This document shows positions 10,801 to 18,456 of a stretch of 64,000 nt of DNA, in pieces (position 1 is the stretch's first letter; each line of letters opens with the position of its first letter). The translations under genes and the position numbers were made by a program. The notes under the pieces were generated by a model, which saw nothing but the letters and a program-made list of their open reading frames with translations, made no database searches and had not been told where the DNA came from. Origin of the DNA: Planctomycetota bacterium (lineage in GTDB: Bacteria > Planctomycetota > B15-G4); the NCBI GenBank assembly GCA_038212275.1, contig JBBQUR010000022.1, positions 17,369 through 81,368 of the forward strand. Direction: 5' to 3'.

Positions 10801-11264
10801 CGATACCACGCCACGCCGTCGTAGTCTGCCGAGGCCGCGCTGGCCTCGAGCACCCCTGGCACGAAGACGCGGCCGGCCTCGAACCAGGCGGCGTCCTCGC
10901 CACGGGGAAGTCCCTTGGCTAGGCCGCGGTTCTCGGGGTCGAGCAGCAGCTCCCACCGGCCTTCGAGCGACGCCACGATGGTGATTGCGTCGGTGCGCTC
11001 CGCGTCGCCCGCGTCGCCCGCGCTGCCCGCGCTGCCCGCGCTGCCCGCGCTGCCTGCGCTGCCCGCGCTGCTCGCGCTGCTCGTGCTGCCTGCGCTGCCT
11101 GCGCTGCCTGCGCTGCCCGCGGCAGCCGAGGCGGGCGCGTCGCCGTCGAAGCGGGTCGGGGGAACGCCGAACGGCTCTGCCTGAGCGAACAGTCCGGCCT
11201 GCGCACCGAGGGCGATCGCCAGCCCGAGGCAACGGAGAGCGAGCTTCCCGAGCGTCGTCGACAT
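7872..11264 (-). CDS. Secreted GH2-like glycoside hydrolase with degenerate active-site motifs; C-terminal GATase-like and helical domains
   Basis: Signal peptide; SLEGRWEL, YDGVAWYRT, LEFAAVNWRADVWLGG, GGITGSVRL, GFNLVR, YELCDELGLMV; ATG 11264 chosen because the longer ORF overlaps the divergent genes. Confidence 0.85.
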   Translation of the reverse strand: MSTTLGKLALRCLGLAIALGAQAGLFAQAEPFGVPPTRFDGDAPASAAAGSAGSAGSAGSTSSASSAGSAGSAGSAGSAGSAGDAGDAERTDAITIVASLEGRWELLLDPENRGLAKGLPRGEDAAWFEAGRVFVPGVLEASAASADYDGVAWYRTRLPRADSPAADAGRLLLEFAAVNWRADVWLGGEFLGRHDGGDAPFRFDVTGKLDKPGVVLIVRCVDPGNRPVDGLVLAGLPNAAESSAYNWGGITGSVRLCRVPLVEVLRHDSQLLPDGTVQLRLDLQNHGEASRAVTLDLAARPGRTLTWRHAAELPPGETRLFVPLPGAEALEHWSPSRPVAHALSIDVNDGEHAARWNVHLALRRFAVQDGRFTLDGDPLAVRGVLYPPCYPRSLAHPPDETFLRRELVTMRAAGFNLVRASSRTQPDLYELCDELGLMVCAEASLGVVTHTLPETGPAALQAVTVLADAVSGHPSVVMVNVLDELSGDLWQRMDELVACARARMPERLLIDESGGWQGSAHAWNPHDDTPLQIDDVHLPRTGTPSAALREQVAHLGAGHDRLVWVSSWGVSGTPSFKEALTGFGGRLQSQDAREYVRKLEAVGPLLKAGTPLSALAGDATQLTALGAASQARGVDELGRLLLANPRVAGICFEPWRDAAWEDAAGLCSVWGAPKPALAALASLHRASASNASSATSATSATSATSATGATGATSATSATGTAGVVAPAVRDAFPALADRPVRPIAAGSLVDLTPEIADVVSPLVDRRPESFGGMPRLVVLGARPEPWDAKNINVTVALLRLVRDGGTLLWLAPPDAGQPVPQHFTAADGCGQVADLPFDMSSRRTRGAGVECFFAFTPASLLLADIPSAQPLPDERFSALIPEHVLLAGAGLPVDVQLGAISSDGSFAGAAVQAVPYGKGHIVLSTLPFDANNLADPFVRRLLENVVRYAAGIASRKPAPPPSVDATPPPDMVGSIQRMVWRAQLYFGLAERLAQQDLPGRPIPREELPELGAMIARKSAGLDAVIGGRSEEGHKLLTLLDEASLGDERERFMRAEISLADALQARQSGDAPLAPPVRIAADNLHARALRLMRLGETAGALDHLAMASALLAPPAEAAADTPLAPSQGDR
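9103..9210. repeat. In-frame 9-bp tandem repeat (~12 units, GCGCTGGTY) encoding an (SAT)n linker in the GH2-like gene
   Basis: Units read directly from sequence. Confidence 0.95.
11002..11118. repeat. In-frame 9-bp tandem repeat (~13 units, GCGCTGCCY) encoding a (GSA)n linker in the GH2-like gene
   Basis: Units read directly from sequence. Confidence 0.95.
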
Positions 11265-11381
11265 CCCGGTGATGATACGAGACAAGGCGTGCCTGCGGCT
11301 CGGGCGCGGATTATCATCCCGCGGCGGATGCGGCGCCGCAGGGTTGCCGGACGTTGCGGTCTGTTGCGGGAGTGGATCGAC

Positions 11382-12581
11382 ATGCGCGTGGCCGGTGTGT
11401 CGTTGCTGATCGCGAGCCTGGTCGGTCCGGTCGCGGCACAGGATCCACCGGCGCCGCCCGCCGTGCTCGTGTGGGGGCATGGCGCCGCGCGCATGGACCT
11501 CGTGTCGGGCGCCACCACGCCGTGGCTCGACGACACGCACGTCGTGCAGAAGGTCTGCTGGATGGCCGGGCCGGGTCACGCCGCGGCCACCGTGTTCGTG
11601 GTGGAGGACGGGCAGGTCACGTCGCTGGATGCCGACACCGGCAGGCCCGTCGTCGAGCCGGCGAGCGGGGAGGGCGACGGCCGTCTCCCTGTCACGGCGC
11701 GACCGGTCGTGTCCCGCCACGTCATCGGCCTCGCGGCGCGGGGCGACCTGCTCTGCACGGTGCAGCTCGATCGCGCGCCGGATGGTGCTGGCAGCGGCCG
11801 GCCCTTCCAGTGGTGCGGCGATCCGATGCTGCCCTGGTTGCCCGCCGAGTCCGGCTGGCTGAACGAGGCGCCCGACCGGGTCGGCGTCAACCTCGCGCTC
11901 GAGCGGCGCGGCCTGGATGCCGTGGTCTTCGCCGCGCTCTCGCCGGCGCATGGGCTCGGCCCGCGGCTCTGGAACGCGGAGGGCGAGGTGCCGCGCCCGG
12001 AGCCGAAGCCCGTCGAAGAGACCTGGTTCGTGCAGGGCTTTGCCATGGCCGAGACCGCACCGCGCTGCTACGCGCTCATGGCCTCGCCCTTCGCCCAGAC
12101 GCGCCTCATGGCCTGCGACTTCACTGACGGTCTTGCCAGCGGCACGTGGACCACGGTCAACACGAAACCACCCGAGGCCGATCCGCAGTTCATGTCGCTC
12201 TACCTGTGTTCGGGCGACGGGGCGGCCGTGCTCATCGGCAACGGCTATCGCATCGACGTGATCGACGGAGTCCACGGCGGACGCCGGACGAGCCTCGCGC
12301 TGCAGGGCGTGGTGCGCGACAGCGATGCCGTGCTCGACCTGTGCCTGCTGCCTCTGCCGGACGGCAGCGTCTGGGTCGCCGGGTTGTGCCGCGCGCTCGA
12401 CGAGCACGGCAGCGAGACGGGCGGCCTGAAGGTTGCGGCCTGGGATCTCGCCACCGGCCAGCTGAAGCGTTGCTTCGACGCGCCGCGCGGCATGAGCCAG
12501 CTCACGGCGCTCGGTGCCGGCGCGACGGACACCGCCCGTGACGCCGTCCCCGGCGCGGGTCCCGGCGCCGGACCGCGCTGA
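11382..12581 (+). CDS. Secreted hypothetical protein, probable beta-propeller
   Basis: GGGAG upstream of ATG 11382; signal peptide ending VAA-Q; repeated xLDxxTG/WDLATG blade-like motifs. Confidence 0.65.
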   Translation: MRVAGVSLLIASLVGPVAAQDPPAPPAVLVWGHGAARMDLVSGATTPWLDDTHVVQKVCWMAGPGHAAATVFVVEDGQVTSLDADTGRPVVEPASGEGDGRLPVTARPVVSRHVIGLAARGDLLCTVQLDRAPDGAGSGRPFQWCGDPMLPWLPAESGWLNEAPDRVGVNLALERRGLDAVVFAALSPAHGLGPRLWNAEGEVPRPEPKPVEETWFVQGFAMAETAPRCYALMASPFAQTRLMACDFTDGLASGTWTTVNTKPPEADPQFMSLYLCSGDGAAVLIGNGYRIDVIDGVHGGRRTSLALQGVVRDSDAVLDLCLLPLPDGSVWVAGLCRALDEHGSETGGLKVAAWDLATGQLKRCFDAPRGMSQLTALGAGATDTARDAVPGAGPGAGPR

Positions 12582-12585
12582 GCGG

Positions 12586-13965
12586 ATGCTCGCACGCGTC
12601 GCCGCGCGACTCGCGGATCTCGCGCAGCGCTTCGTCCCCGACCCGTTCGTCATCGCGCTGGGGCTGACCGCGGCGACCTTCGCGCTGGGTTGGTCGACCA
12701 TGCCTCCTCCCGCGACGGGCAGCGGCGTGGCGGTGCTCGCGGCGGGCTGGTTCCAGCGCTTCTCCAGCACCGAGACGCTGGCCTTCACGACGCAGATGGC
12801 GCTGGTGCTCGTCGCGGGCTCGGCACTCGCGCGTGCCCGACTCGTGCGCAGCCTGCTGGCGCGCCTGGCCGACGTGCCGCGCGGCACCGCGGGCGCTGCG
12901 GCCCTGACGGCGCTGGTCGCGCTGCTTGCCTCCTTTCTCAACTGGGGTTTCGGCCTCGTCGTCGGTGCGCTGCTGGCGCGCGAGATCGGTGCGCGCGCAT
13001 CGGCTGCACGGCGCCCGCTGAATTATCCGCTCGTCGCGACGGCGGGTTACGTCGGACTCATGGTGTGGCACGGTGGACTCTCCGGCAGCGCGCCGCTGAA
13101 GATGGCGGAGGCCGCGCCCTTCGGCCTCGCGACGATTCCGCTCTCGGAAACGACCTTCTCGCCGCTGAACCTCGCGCTCGGCGCGGGGCTGCTCGTGTTC
13201 GTGCCGTGGCTCTTCGCGCGGATGGCCGCCGCGCAGGGAGCCGCGCCGCGCGTCTGGGAGGTGCAGAGCCTGGTCGCGGGCGACGCGGCCGATGCGGTCG
13301 ATGCGGAGGGCACGGCCCCTCGCCGACGCGCACTGCCGCTGCTGCTGCTGCTCTTCGTGCTGGCCCTCGGCGCGCTGGCGCTGGGCGGGCTCTTCGCCGA
13401 GGCGGGCGTGCTGCGCGCGCTGTCCCTGAACACGGTCATCCTCATGCTGATGCTTGGCGGCCTCGCGCTGTTCGGCTCGCCGCAACGCTATGCGGCCGCG
13501 TTCGTGTCCAGCGTGGGCGAGGCGGGCGGGATCCTGCTGCAATTCCCTTTCTATTTCGGGATCCTCGGCCTGCTCGAGGCCTCCGGTCTCGGGGTCCGGC
13601 TCTCGGGCGGCACCGTCGACGCGGCGCGCGGACTCTCTGCGCTGGGCTTCCCGCTGGCATGGAGCTTCGACATGGTCACGTGGCTCTCGGCCGCGACGGT
13701 CAATCTCTTCGTGCCGTCGGGCGGCGGGCAGTGGGCCGTGCAGGGGCCGATCGTCGTGCACGCCGCGGGCGAGCTGCAGCTCCCGGCCGCGCGCGCCGTG
13801 ATGGCCTTCGCATATGGCGACGAATGGAGCAACATGCTGCAGCCCTTCTGGGCGTTGCCGCTGCTCGGCATCACCGGCTTGCGGGCGCGTGACATCCTGG
13901 GCTACTCGCTGACGGTGATGCTCGCTTCGGGCGCACTCTTCGCGCTGGCGTTCGCGCTCTTCTGA
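12586..13965 (+). CDS. atoE: Short-chain fatty acid transporter AtoE family
   Basis: PDPFVIA, LAFTTQMAL, NWGFGLVVGALLARE, WHGGLSGSAPL, QFPFYFGI, VPSGGGQWAVQGP, NMLQPFWALPLL. Confidence 0.95.
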   Translation: MLARVAARLADLAQRFVPDPFVIALGLTAATFALGWSTMPPPATGSGVAVLAAGWFQRFSSTETLAFTTQMALVLVAGSALARARLVRSLLARLADVPRGTAGAAALTALVALLASFLNWGFGLVVGALLAREIGARASAARRPLNYPLVATAGYVGLMVWHGGLSGSAPLKMAEAAPFGLATIPLSETTFSPLNLALGAGLLVFVPWLFARMAAAQGAAPRVWEVQSLVAGDAADAVDAEGTAPRRRALPLLLLLFVLALGALALGGLFAEAGVLRALSLNTVILMLMLGGLALFGSPQRYAAAFVSSVGEAGGILLQFPFYFGILGLLEASGLGVRLSGGTVDAARGLSALGFPLAWSFDMVTWLSAATVNLFVPSGGGQWAVQGPIVVHAAGELQLPAARAVMAFAYGDEWSNMLQPFWALPLLGITGLRARDILGYSLTVMLASGALFALAFALF

Positions 13966-14090
13966 GCCCGGTCCGTGCGCGGGTGCGGCGCGCGCCGCCC
14001 GCAGGCCCGTGACCCTCCGGCGGCCCAGTCCTAACTCCAGACTTCCGCGTCCCCGCGCCGGTCGGCCTGCTTCATTCACACCACCGCAAA

Positions 14091-14120
14091 TGGACGCCTG
14101 CGGTACGGTCTTGGTAGCGT
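14091..14120 (+). promoter_or_regulatory. Possible sigma70-type promoter of the pilin cluster (TGGACG-18-TAGCGT, extended -10 TG)
   Basis: Partial consensus match in the intergenic region upstream of 14157. Confidence 0.3.
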
Positions 14121-14156
14121 GCCCTCCCCGAACGCCCGAGGATCACAGACTCCGCC

Positions 14157-16052
14157 GTGGCCCGTATCAACCCGATCGACGATGAGCAGGTGCACGTCCT
14201 GCACGTGGACGAGCCGGGCGCTGGCGGCGGCCGGTTGCCGATGCTCCTCGCGGGGATCGCGCTGCTGGTCGTGGCCGGGGCCGGAGTGTGGCTCTGGCTG
14301 CACCCCGAACTGCTCGAGGGCTTCACCTCGACCTCCGTGAAGACCGCGCCCGCCCCAGGCGAGGAGAATCGCCTCGGCGACAGCTGGTCCTTCGAGACCA
14401 CGGAGTCCACCAGCGCGAGCCAGGCGTGGGTGGTGCCGCCCGAGGCTCCGTCCGGCTTCCGGTTCGCGGCCTCGGGTGCGGTGAGCGGTGAACTCGGCGC
14501 CGTTGCCGAGCCGGGCGTGGTGGCTGCCGCCGCAGAGGCACCCGCGGGCGCGGCCGGTTCCCCGGCTGCCGCTGCGCACGGGAGCGCGGAGGCGGAGAAC
14601 GCCGGCTGGTGTCGCATCGTCACCGAGAAGGCCGTGCCGCTCGGGGCGCATCGCGGCGCCGTGCGCCTCTCGGCGATGTCGCACGCCCCGGGCATCGAAT
14701 TGCTCGTGCGCTTCGTGGGCAGGGATGGCCGCCCGCTCGACATCGTCGTGGCGCGCGGCGAGGGGCCGATCAGCGGCGAGGTGCTCGTGCCGCCGGGCGC
14801 CACGGCCGTGCAGGCCGGCTTGCAGTGCATCGGCCCGGGCAGCGCGGACGACCTGAGCCTGGAATTCGTGCCGGCGGGCGGGCTGTCCCTCCAGCGGCGC
14901 GGCATCTTCGACATGCTCGCCTTCGCGGACGGCGCCGCCGTCTTCCGCGGCGAGCAAGGCGTGCTCGCGGTGTCGGGCCTCTCCGCCGCCGACCCGTCCG
15001 GCGCGCTGCCGCCTGCGAGTCTGCGCGCCGCGAGCGGCGAGCCCGGCGCGGACCTCGGCCTCACGCTGCCCGATGGCCGCGTGCTGCCGCGGCACGCAAG
15101 CCTCACGCGCGACGAGCGCAGCGTCACGTTGAGCGAGACGGTGGACGATGTGCCGGCGGACGTCACGCTGGTGCGCACGCTCATCGTGTCCGGCGCGCTG
15201 GCGGACGCCGCCCTCGGCATCGTGTCGGCGCGCGGCATCGAGCAATTCGCCGGCGACTTCCGCGTGGAGGGCGTGAGCTCCCTCGTGCTCGGTCACACGC
15301 AGGACCGGCTCGCGCTGCGCTTCGAACCGGAGACAACGCTCTCGGCCGTGCGGCAGCCGGACGGGGCAGTCGTCGTGCGCGCGGAGCTGTCCGGCGGCGG
15401 CCGCGTGTCGCAGACCATCGTGTCTCAGACGAGCTTCCAGGAGGAGCGCGTGGCGGCAGCGCAGCACCGCGATGCGGCGCTTGCGGCCGAAGCCGCCGGG
15501 CGTTTCGGCGAAGCGCTGGGAGAGGCCGGCATCATCGTCACGCAGTTCCCGCACGACGAAGACGTGCTGGCTGCGGCGCAGGCGCTTCGAGGACGCGTGC
15601 AATTGCTCATGCAGCAGCGCCTCGACGTGATCGACCGCGGCCTGTCCGATGCGCTGTTCCTCGACTCCGCGAGCCGCTGCCGCGAGGTGCTCGCCGACTG
15701 CCGGGCGGCGGCCGTCACCTTCGCGGGCAGCGATGCCGCCGCACTCTTCGAGGAGCGCGCGCTGAGCGTGGAGCAGCGCGCCGCGAAGCTGCTCGAGGAC
15801 GACCGTTCGCGCCGTGAGCGACGCCTTTCCGCGATCATGGAGTCCTTCCGCGCGACGGGCCGCCATGCCGCCCCTGCCGGCGAGATCGAAGACACGCTGG
15901 AGCGCTTTCTCGCGCCGCCCGCCGCCGACTCCGAGGCCGGCAAGACGGGACGAGGCGCGCCGCCCGCCGGCACGCCGCCCGCCGGCGCGCCGCCTGGCGA
16001 CGGCAGGCTGGCCACCGAGGGCACGCCGGACGCTGCGGAGGGCGGGCGATGA
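14157..16052 (+). CDS. Membrane-anchored hypothetical protein (N-terminal TM, beta-sandwich/CBM-like region, C-terminal helical TPR-like region); first gene of pilin cluster
   Basis: TM LLAGIALLVVAGAGVWLWL; stop overlaps the ATG of the pilM-like gene. Confidence 0.75.
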   Translation: MARINPIDDEQVHVLHVDEPGAGGGRLPMLLAGIALLVVAGAGVWLWLHPELLEGFTSTSVKTAPAPGEENRLGDSWSFETTESTSASQAWVVPPEAPSGFRFAASGAVSGELGAVAEPGVVAAAAEAPAGAAGSPAAAAHGSAEAENAGWCRIVTEKAVPLGAHRGAVRLSAMSHAPGIELLVRFVGRDGRPLDIVVARGEGPISGEVLVPPGATAVQAGLQCIGPGSADDLSLEFVPAGGLSLQRRGIFDMLAFADGAAVFRGEQGVLAVSGLSAADPSGALPPASLRAASGEPGADLGLTLPDGRVLPRHASLTRDERSVTLSETVDDVPADVTLVRTLIVSGALADAALGIVSARGIEQFAGDFRVEGVSSLVLGHTQDRLALRFEPETTLSAVRQPDGAVVVRAELSGGGRVSQTIVSQTSFQEERVAAAQHRDAALAAEAAGRFGEALGEAGIIVTQFPHDEDVLAAAQALRGRVQLLMQQRLDVIDRGLSDALFLDSASRCREVLADCRAAAVTFAGSDAAALFEERALSVEQRAAKLLEDDRSRRERRLSAIMESFRATGRHAAPAGEIEDTLERFLAPPAADSEAGKTGRGAPPAGTPPAGAPPGDGRLATEGTPDAAEGGR

Positions 16053-17692
16053 GCTCCGTCGTCGGTCTCGACATCGGCGAGGGCAGCACGCGCCTGGTGG
16101 AGGGCCGCCTCAAGAAGGGGGCCTTCGAGATCCTGCGCGCGGAGAGCTTTCCCACCGGGCAGCTGCGGGCGAAATTCGGCGAGTTCAAGCTCAAGGGCCG
16201 CCGCACCATCGTGGGCGTGACGGGCCGCGACATGATCCTGCGCATCACGCAGGTGCCCTCCGTTCCGGCCTGGCAGCTCCGCGACCTCATGGCGCTGGAA
16301 ATCGAGGACATCGCCGAACAATCCGGCGACGAACTCTCCGCGGATTTCGGGCTGCTGGCCGCTGCGGGCGACGACGAGGACCGGGTGCTGCTCGCGCTGG
16401 TGCGCAACAGCCTCATTGCGGAGCGCACCGAGGCCATCGCGGTCGCAGGCGGCAAGCTGCTGGCCTTTTCCCCCAATGCGATCGCGCTTCACAACGCGGT
16501 GGTGGCCACGGACGGCGGTGACGGCACGCTGCTCGTCGCGGCGCTCGGCGGTCGCAACACGGACATCGCCTTGCTGCGCGACGGCGAGCTGCTGTTCGCG
16601 CGCAATCTCGCCGGTGGCGGAGATCTGTTCACCGACGCGATCGCCGACAGCTTCCGGCTCGACTTCGACAAGGCCGAGAAGGCCAAGCTGAGCCTCGGCG
16701 TCTTCCCGGCTCGCGGCGAAACGCTGGCCGGTCAGCAGGGCGCCGTGGCGCGCGTGCTCGAGGCGCCGTTGCGACAGGTGGTCGGCATGCTGCAGTCGTC
16801 CACGGTGCTCGCGCGCAGCCAGCTCAAGCTGCCCGATCTGGAGGTGGAGCGCGTGCTGCTCTGCGGGCCCGGCGCCTCGCTGCCCGGCTTCGCGGAGGCA
16901 CTCTCGTCGGCGCTCGGCCTGACGGTCACGCGCTTCGATCCGACCGACGGCTATCTCGTCGGCGGACAGAGCGTGCAGCCCGCGCGCGGCCCCGACTTCG
17001 CGGTGGCGGCCGGGCTCGCGCTCATGGGCGTGCTGCCGTCGGCGTATCGCGTGGCCATCCTCCCGGACGCGCTGCGCAAGCGTCAGCACTTCCGGACGCG
17101 CACGCTGTGGTTGCTGCTCGCGGCGGCGCTCGTGTTCGGGCACCTTGTGCTGGCCTTCGTCACCGCGCGCGAGAACTCGGCGGCCGCTGCCGCGGATCTC
17201 GGGCGGCTGCGGCGCGAGGTCGAATCGCGCAAGGCCGACATGGCGGGCCACGCCCGCGTGCTCGCCGAGACGCAGGAGCTGGCCGCCAAGCTGTCCACGC
17301 TGGAGGACCTGACGGCGCCGGGCAGCGGCGTGCTCACGGCCCTCGGGGAGCTCGAAGCCAGCCTGCCCGCGGAACTGTGGATCACCAGCATGAAGAGCAC
17401 GCGCGGCATCGAGCCGCAGCTCGGCCACGGTGGAGCGCGTCGCCCGTTCATCGCGGTGGATGGTCATGGCAAGGAGCAGTCGCGCAACCTCTCCGATGCG
17501 GTGACCGAGCTCACGACGCGACTGCGCGGGCAGCCGGGCATCTCCACGGTGCTGCCGCGCGTGACGACCGACAGCCGCGGCGCCTTCAACTTCAGCCTGA
17601 CCATCGACACCAGCGTCACGCCGAAGAGCGCGGACGACGATGGCTCGGAAGCGGACGCCCGCGCCACGCCCGCGCAGGGGAGCGGTGGCTGA
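16049..17692 (+). CDS. pilM: PilM-PilN fusion (GspL-like) type IV filament alignment-platform protein
   Basis: Actin-like VVGLDIG, FARNLAGGGDLFTDAIA..AEKAK, VLLCGPGASLPG, AVAAGLAL; then PilN-like ILP..R, TM, coiled coil, LPAELWITS. Confidence 0.85.
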   Translation: MSSVVGLDIGEGSTRLVEGRLKKGAFEILRAESFPTGQLRAKFGEFKLKGRRTIVGVTGRDMILRITQVPSVPAWQLRDLMALEIEDIAEQSGDELSADFGLLAAAGDDEDRVLLALVRNSLIAERTEAIAVAGGKLLAFSPNAIALHNAVVATDGGDGTLLVAALGGRNTDIALLRDGELLFARNLAGGGDLFTDAIADSFRLDFDKAEKAKLSLGVFPARGETLAGQQGAVARVLEAPLRQVVGMLQSSTVLARSQLKLPDLEVERVLLCGPGASLPGFAEALSSALGLTVTRFDPTDGYLVGGQSVQPARGPDFAVAAGLALMGVLPSAYRVAILPDALRKRQHFRTRTLWLLLAAALVFGHLVLAFVTARENSAAAAADLGRLRREVESRKADMAGHARVLAETQELAAKLSTLEDLTAPGSGVLTALGELEASLPAELWITSMKSTRGIEPQLGHGGARRPFIAVDGHGKEQSRNLSDAVTELTTRLRGQPGISTVLPRVTTDSRGAFNFSLTIDTSVTPKSADDDGSEADARATPAQGSGG

Positions 17693-18456
17693 TGGATCGC
17701 GACCTGCGCCGCACCCTCATCGTCGCCGCCGCGCTCCTCGTGGCGCTGTTCACGGGCCTCGCGCTCATCTCCGCGCTCTACGACGAGGGCGATGCGGCGC
17801 GACAGGCCACCGCGTTGCGCACCAAGCTGCGCGCCGGCGGCGAGGCCGACAGCCGTCCCGCGGCGGGGGACATGGCGGCGGCCACGGCACTGCGCGACGA
17901 GTTGTCCGCGGAGCTGGCCGCGCTCGTGCCGGGCCTGTCGTACACGCAGCCGGCGAACTTCTCCGTCGGGGCCGGCGAAAGCGCCGACCTGCGCTACATC
18001 GAGATCGTGCGCCGCGAGCAGGAAGCGCTCGTGAAGGGCGGCGCCTTCCGCGGGCAGTCGGTGCCGAGCAATCTCGGCTTGCCGGAGCTGAACCCGACCG
18101 GCCTCGAGGACGTGCTGCGCACCTTGCGCTCGCTGCACATCGTGCACCTCGTGGTGGACGCGGGCCTGAAGTCCGGCATCGAGGGCGTGGACGAGATCCG
18201 CATGCCGCCGGTCACGCGCAAGGGCAAGGCCGAATCCGGTTTCGTGCGCCAGCAGAAGGTGGATTTCGAGCTGCACGGTTCGCCGGCCGCCGTGCGGCGC
18301 ACTCTGGCCGCGATCGCCGGCGGCACTCCTTATCTCGCGCTGGATGACGTGCGCCTCGATCGCCTCGACGACGACGGCGCCCGGCTGCGCGCACGCTTTT
18401 CGGCCGCCGCGCTGAACCTCGATGCCGAGCAGGCCGTCCAGGAGATCGGCGGATGA
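17692..18456 (+). CDS. PilO/GspM-like inner-membrane assembly protein
   Basis: N-terminal TM, coiled coil, C-terminal VDFELHGS....RRTL....YLALDDVRL ferredoxin-like pattern; follows pilMN with TGATG overlap. Confidence 0.7.
   Translation: MDRDLRRTLIVAAALLVALFTGLALISALYDEGDAARQATALRTKLRAGGEADSRPAAGDMAAATALRDELSAELAALVPGLSYTQPANFSVGAGESADLRYIEIVRREQEALVKGGAFRGQSVPSNLGLPELNPTGLEDVLRTLRSLHIVHLVVDAGLKSGIEGVDEIRMPPVTRKGKAESGFVRQQKVDFELHGSPAAVRRTLAAIAGGTPYLALDDVRLDRLDDDGARLRARFSAAALNLDAEQAVQEIGG

Noticed and set aside
9103..11118. Tandem repeats as a CRISPR array
   Set aside because: Contiguous in-frame 9-mers with no spacers and no cas genes
7872..12941. 1689-aa ORF as a single giant protein
   Set aside because: The first ~560 aa are an antisense shadow of the 11382-12581 gene and the atoE start; the signal peptide and GH2 similarity begin at ATG 11264
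13966..14156. Riboswitch upstream of the pilin cluster
   Set aside because: No recognisable c-di-GMP or other aptamer consensus by eye; an Rfam scan is needed to exclude it fully
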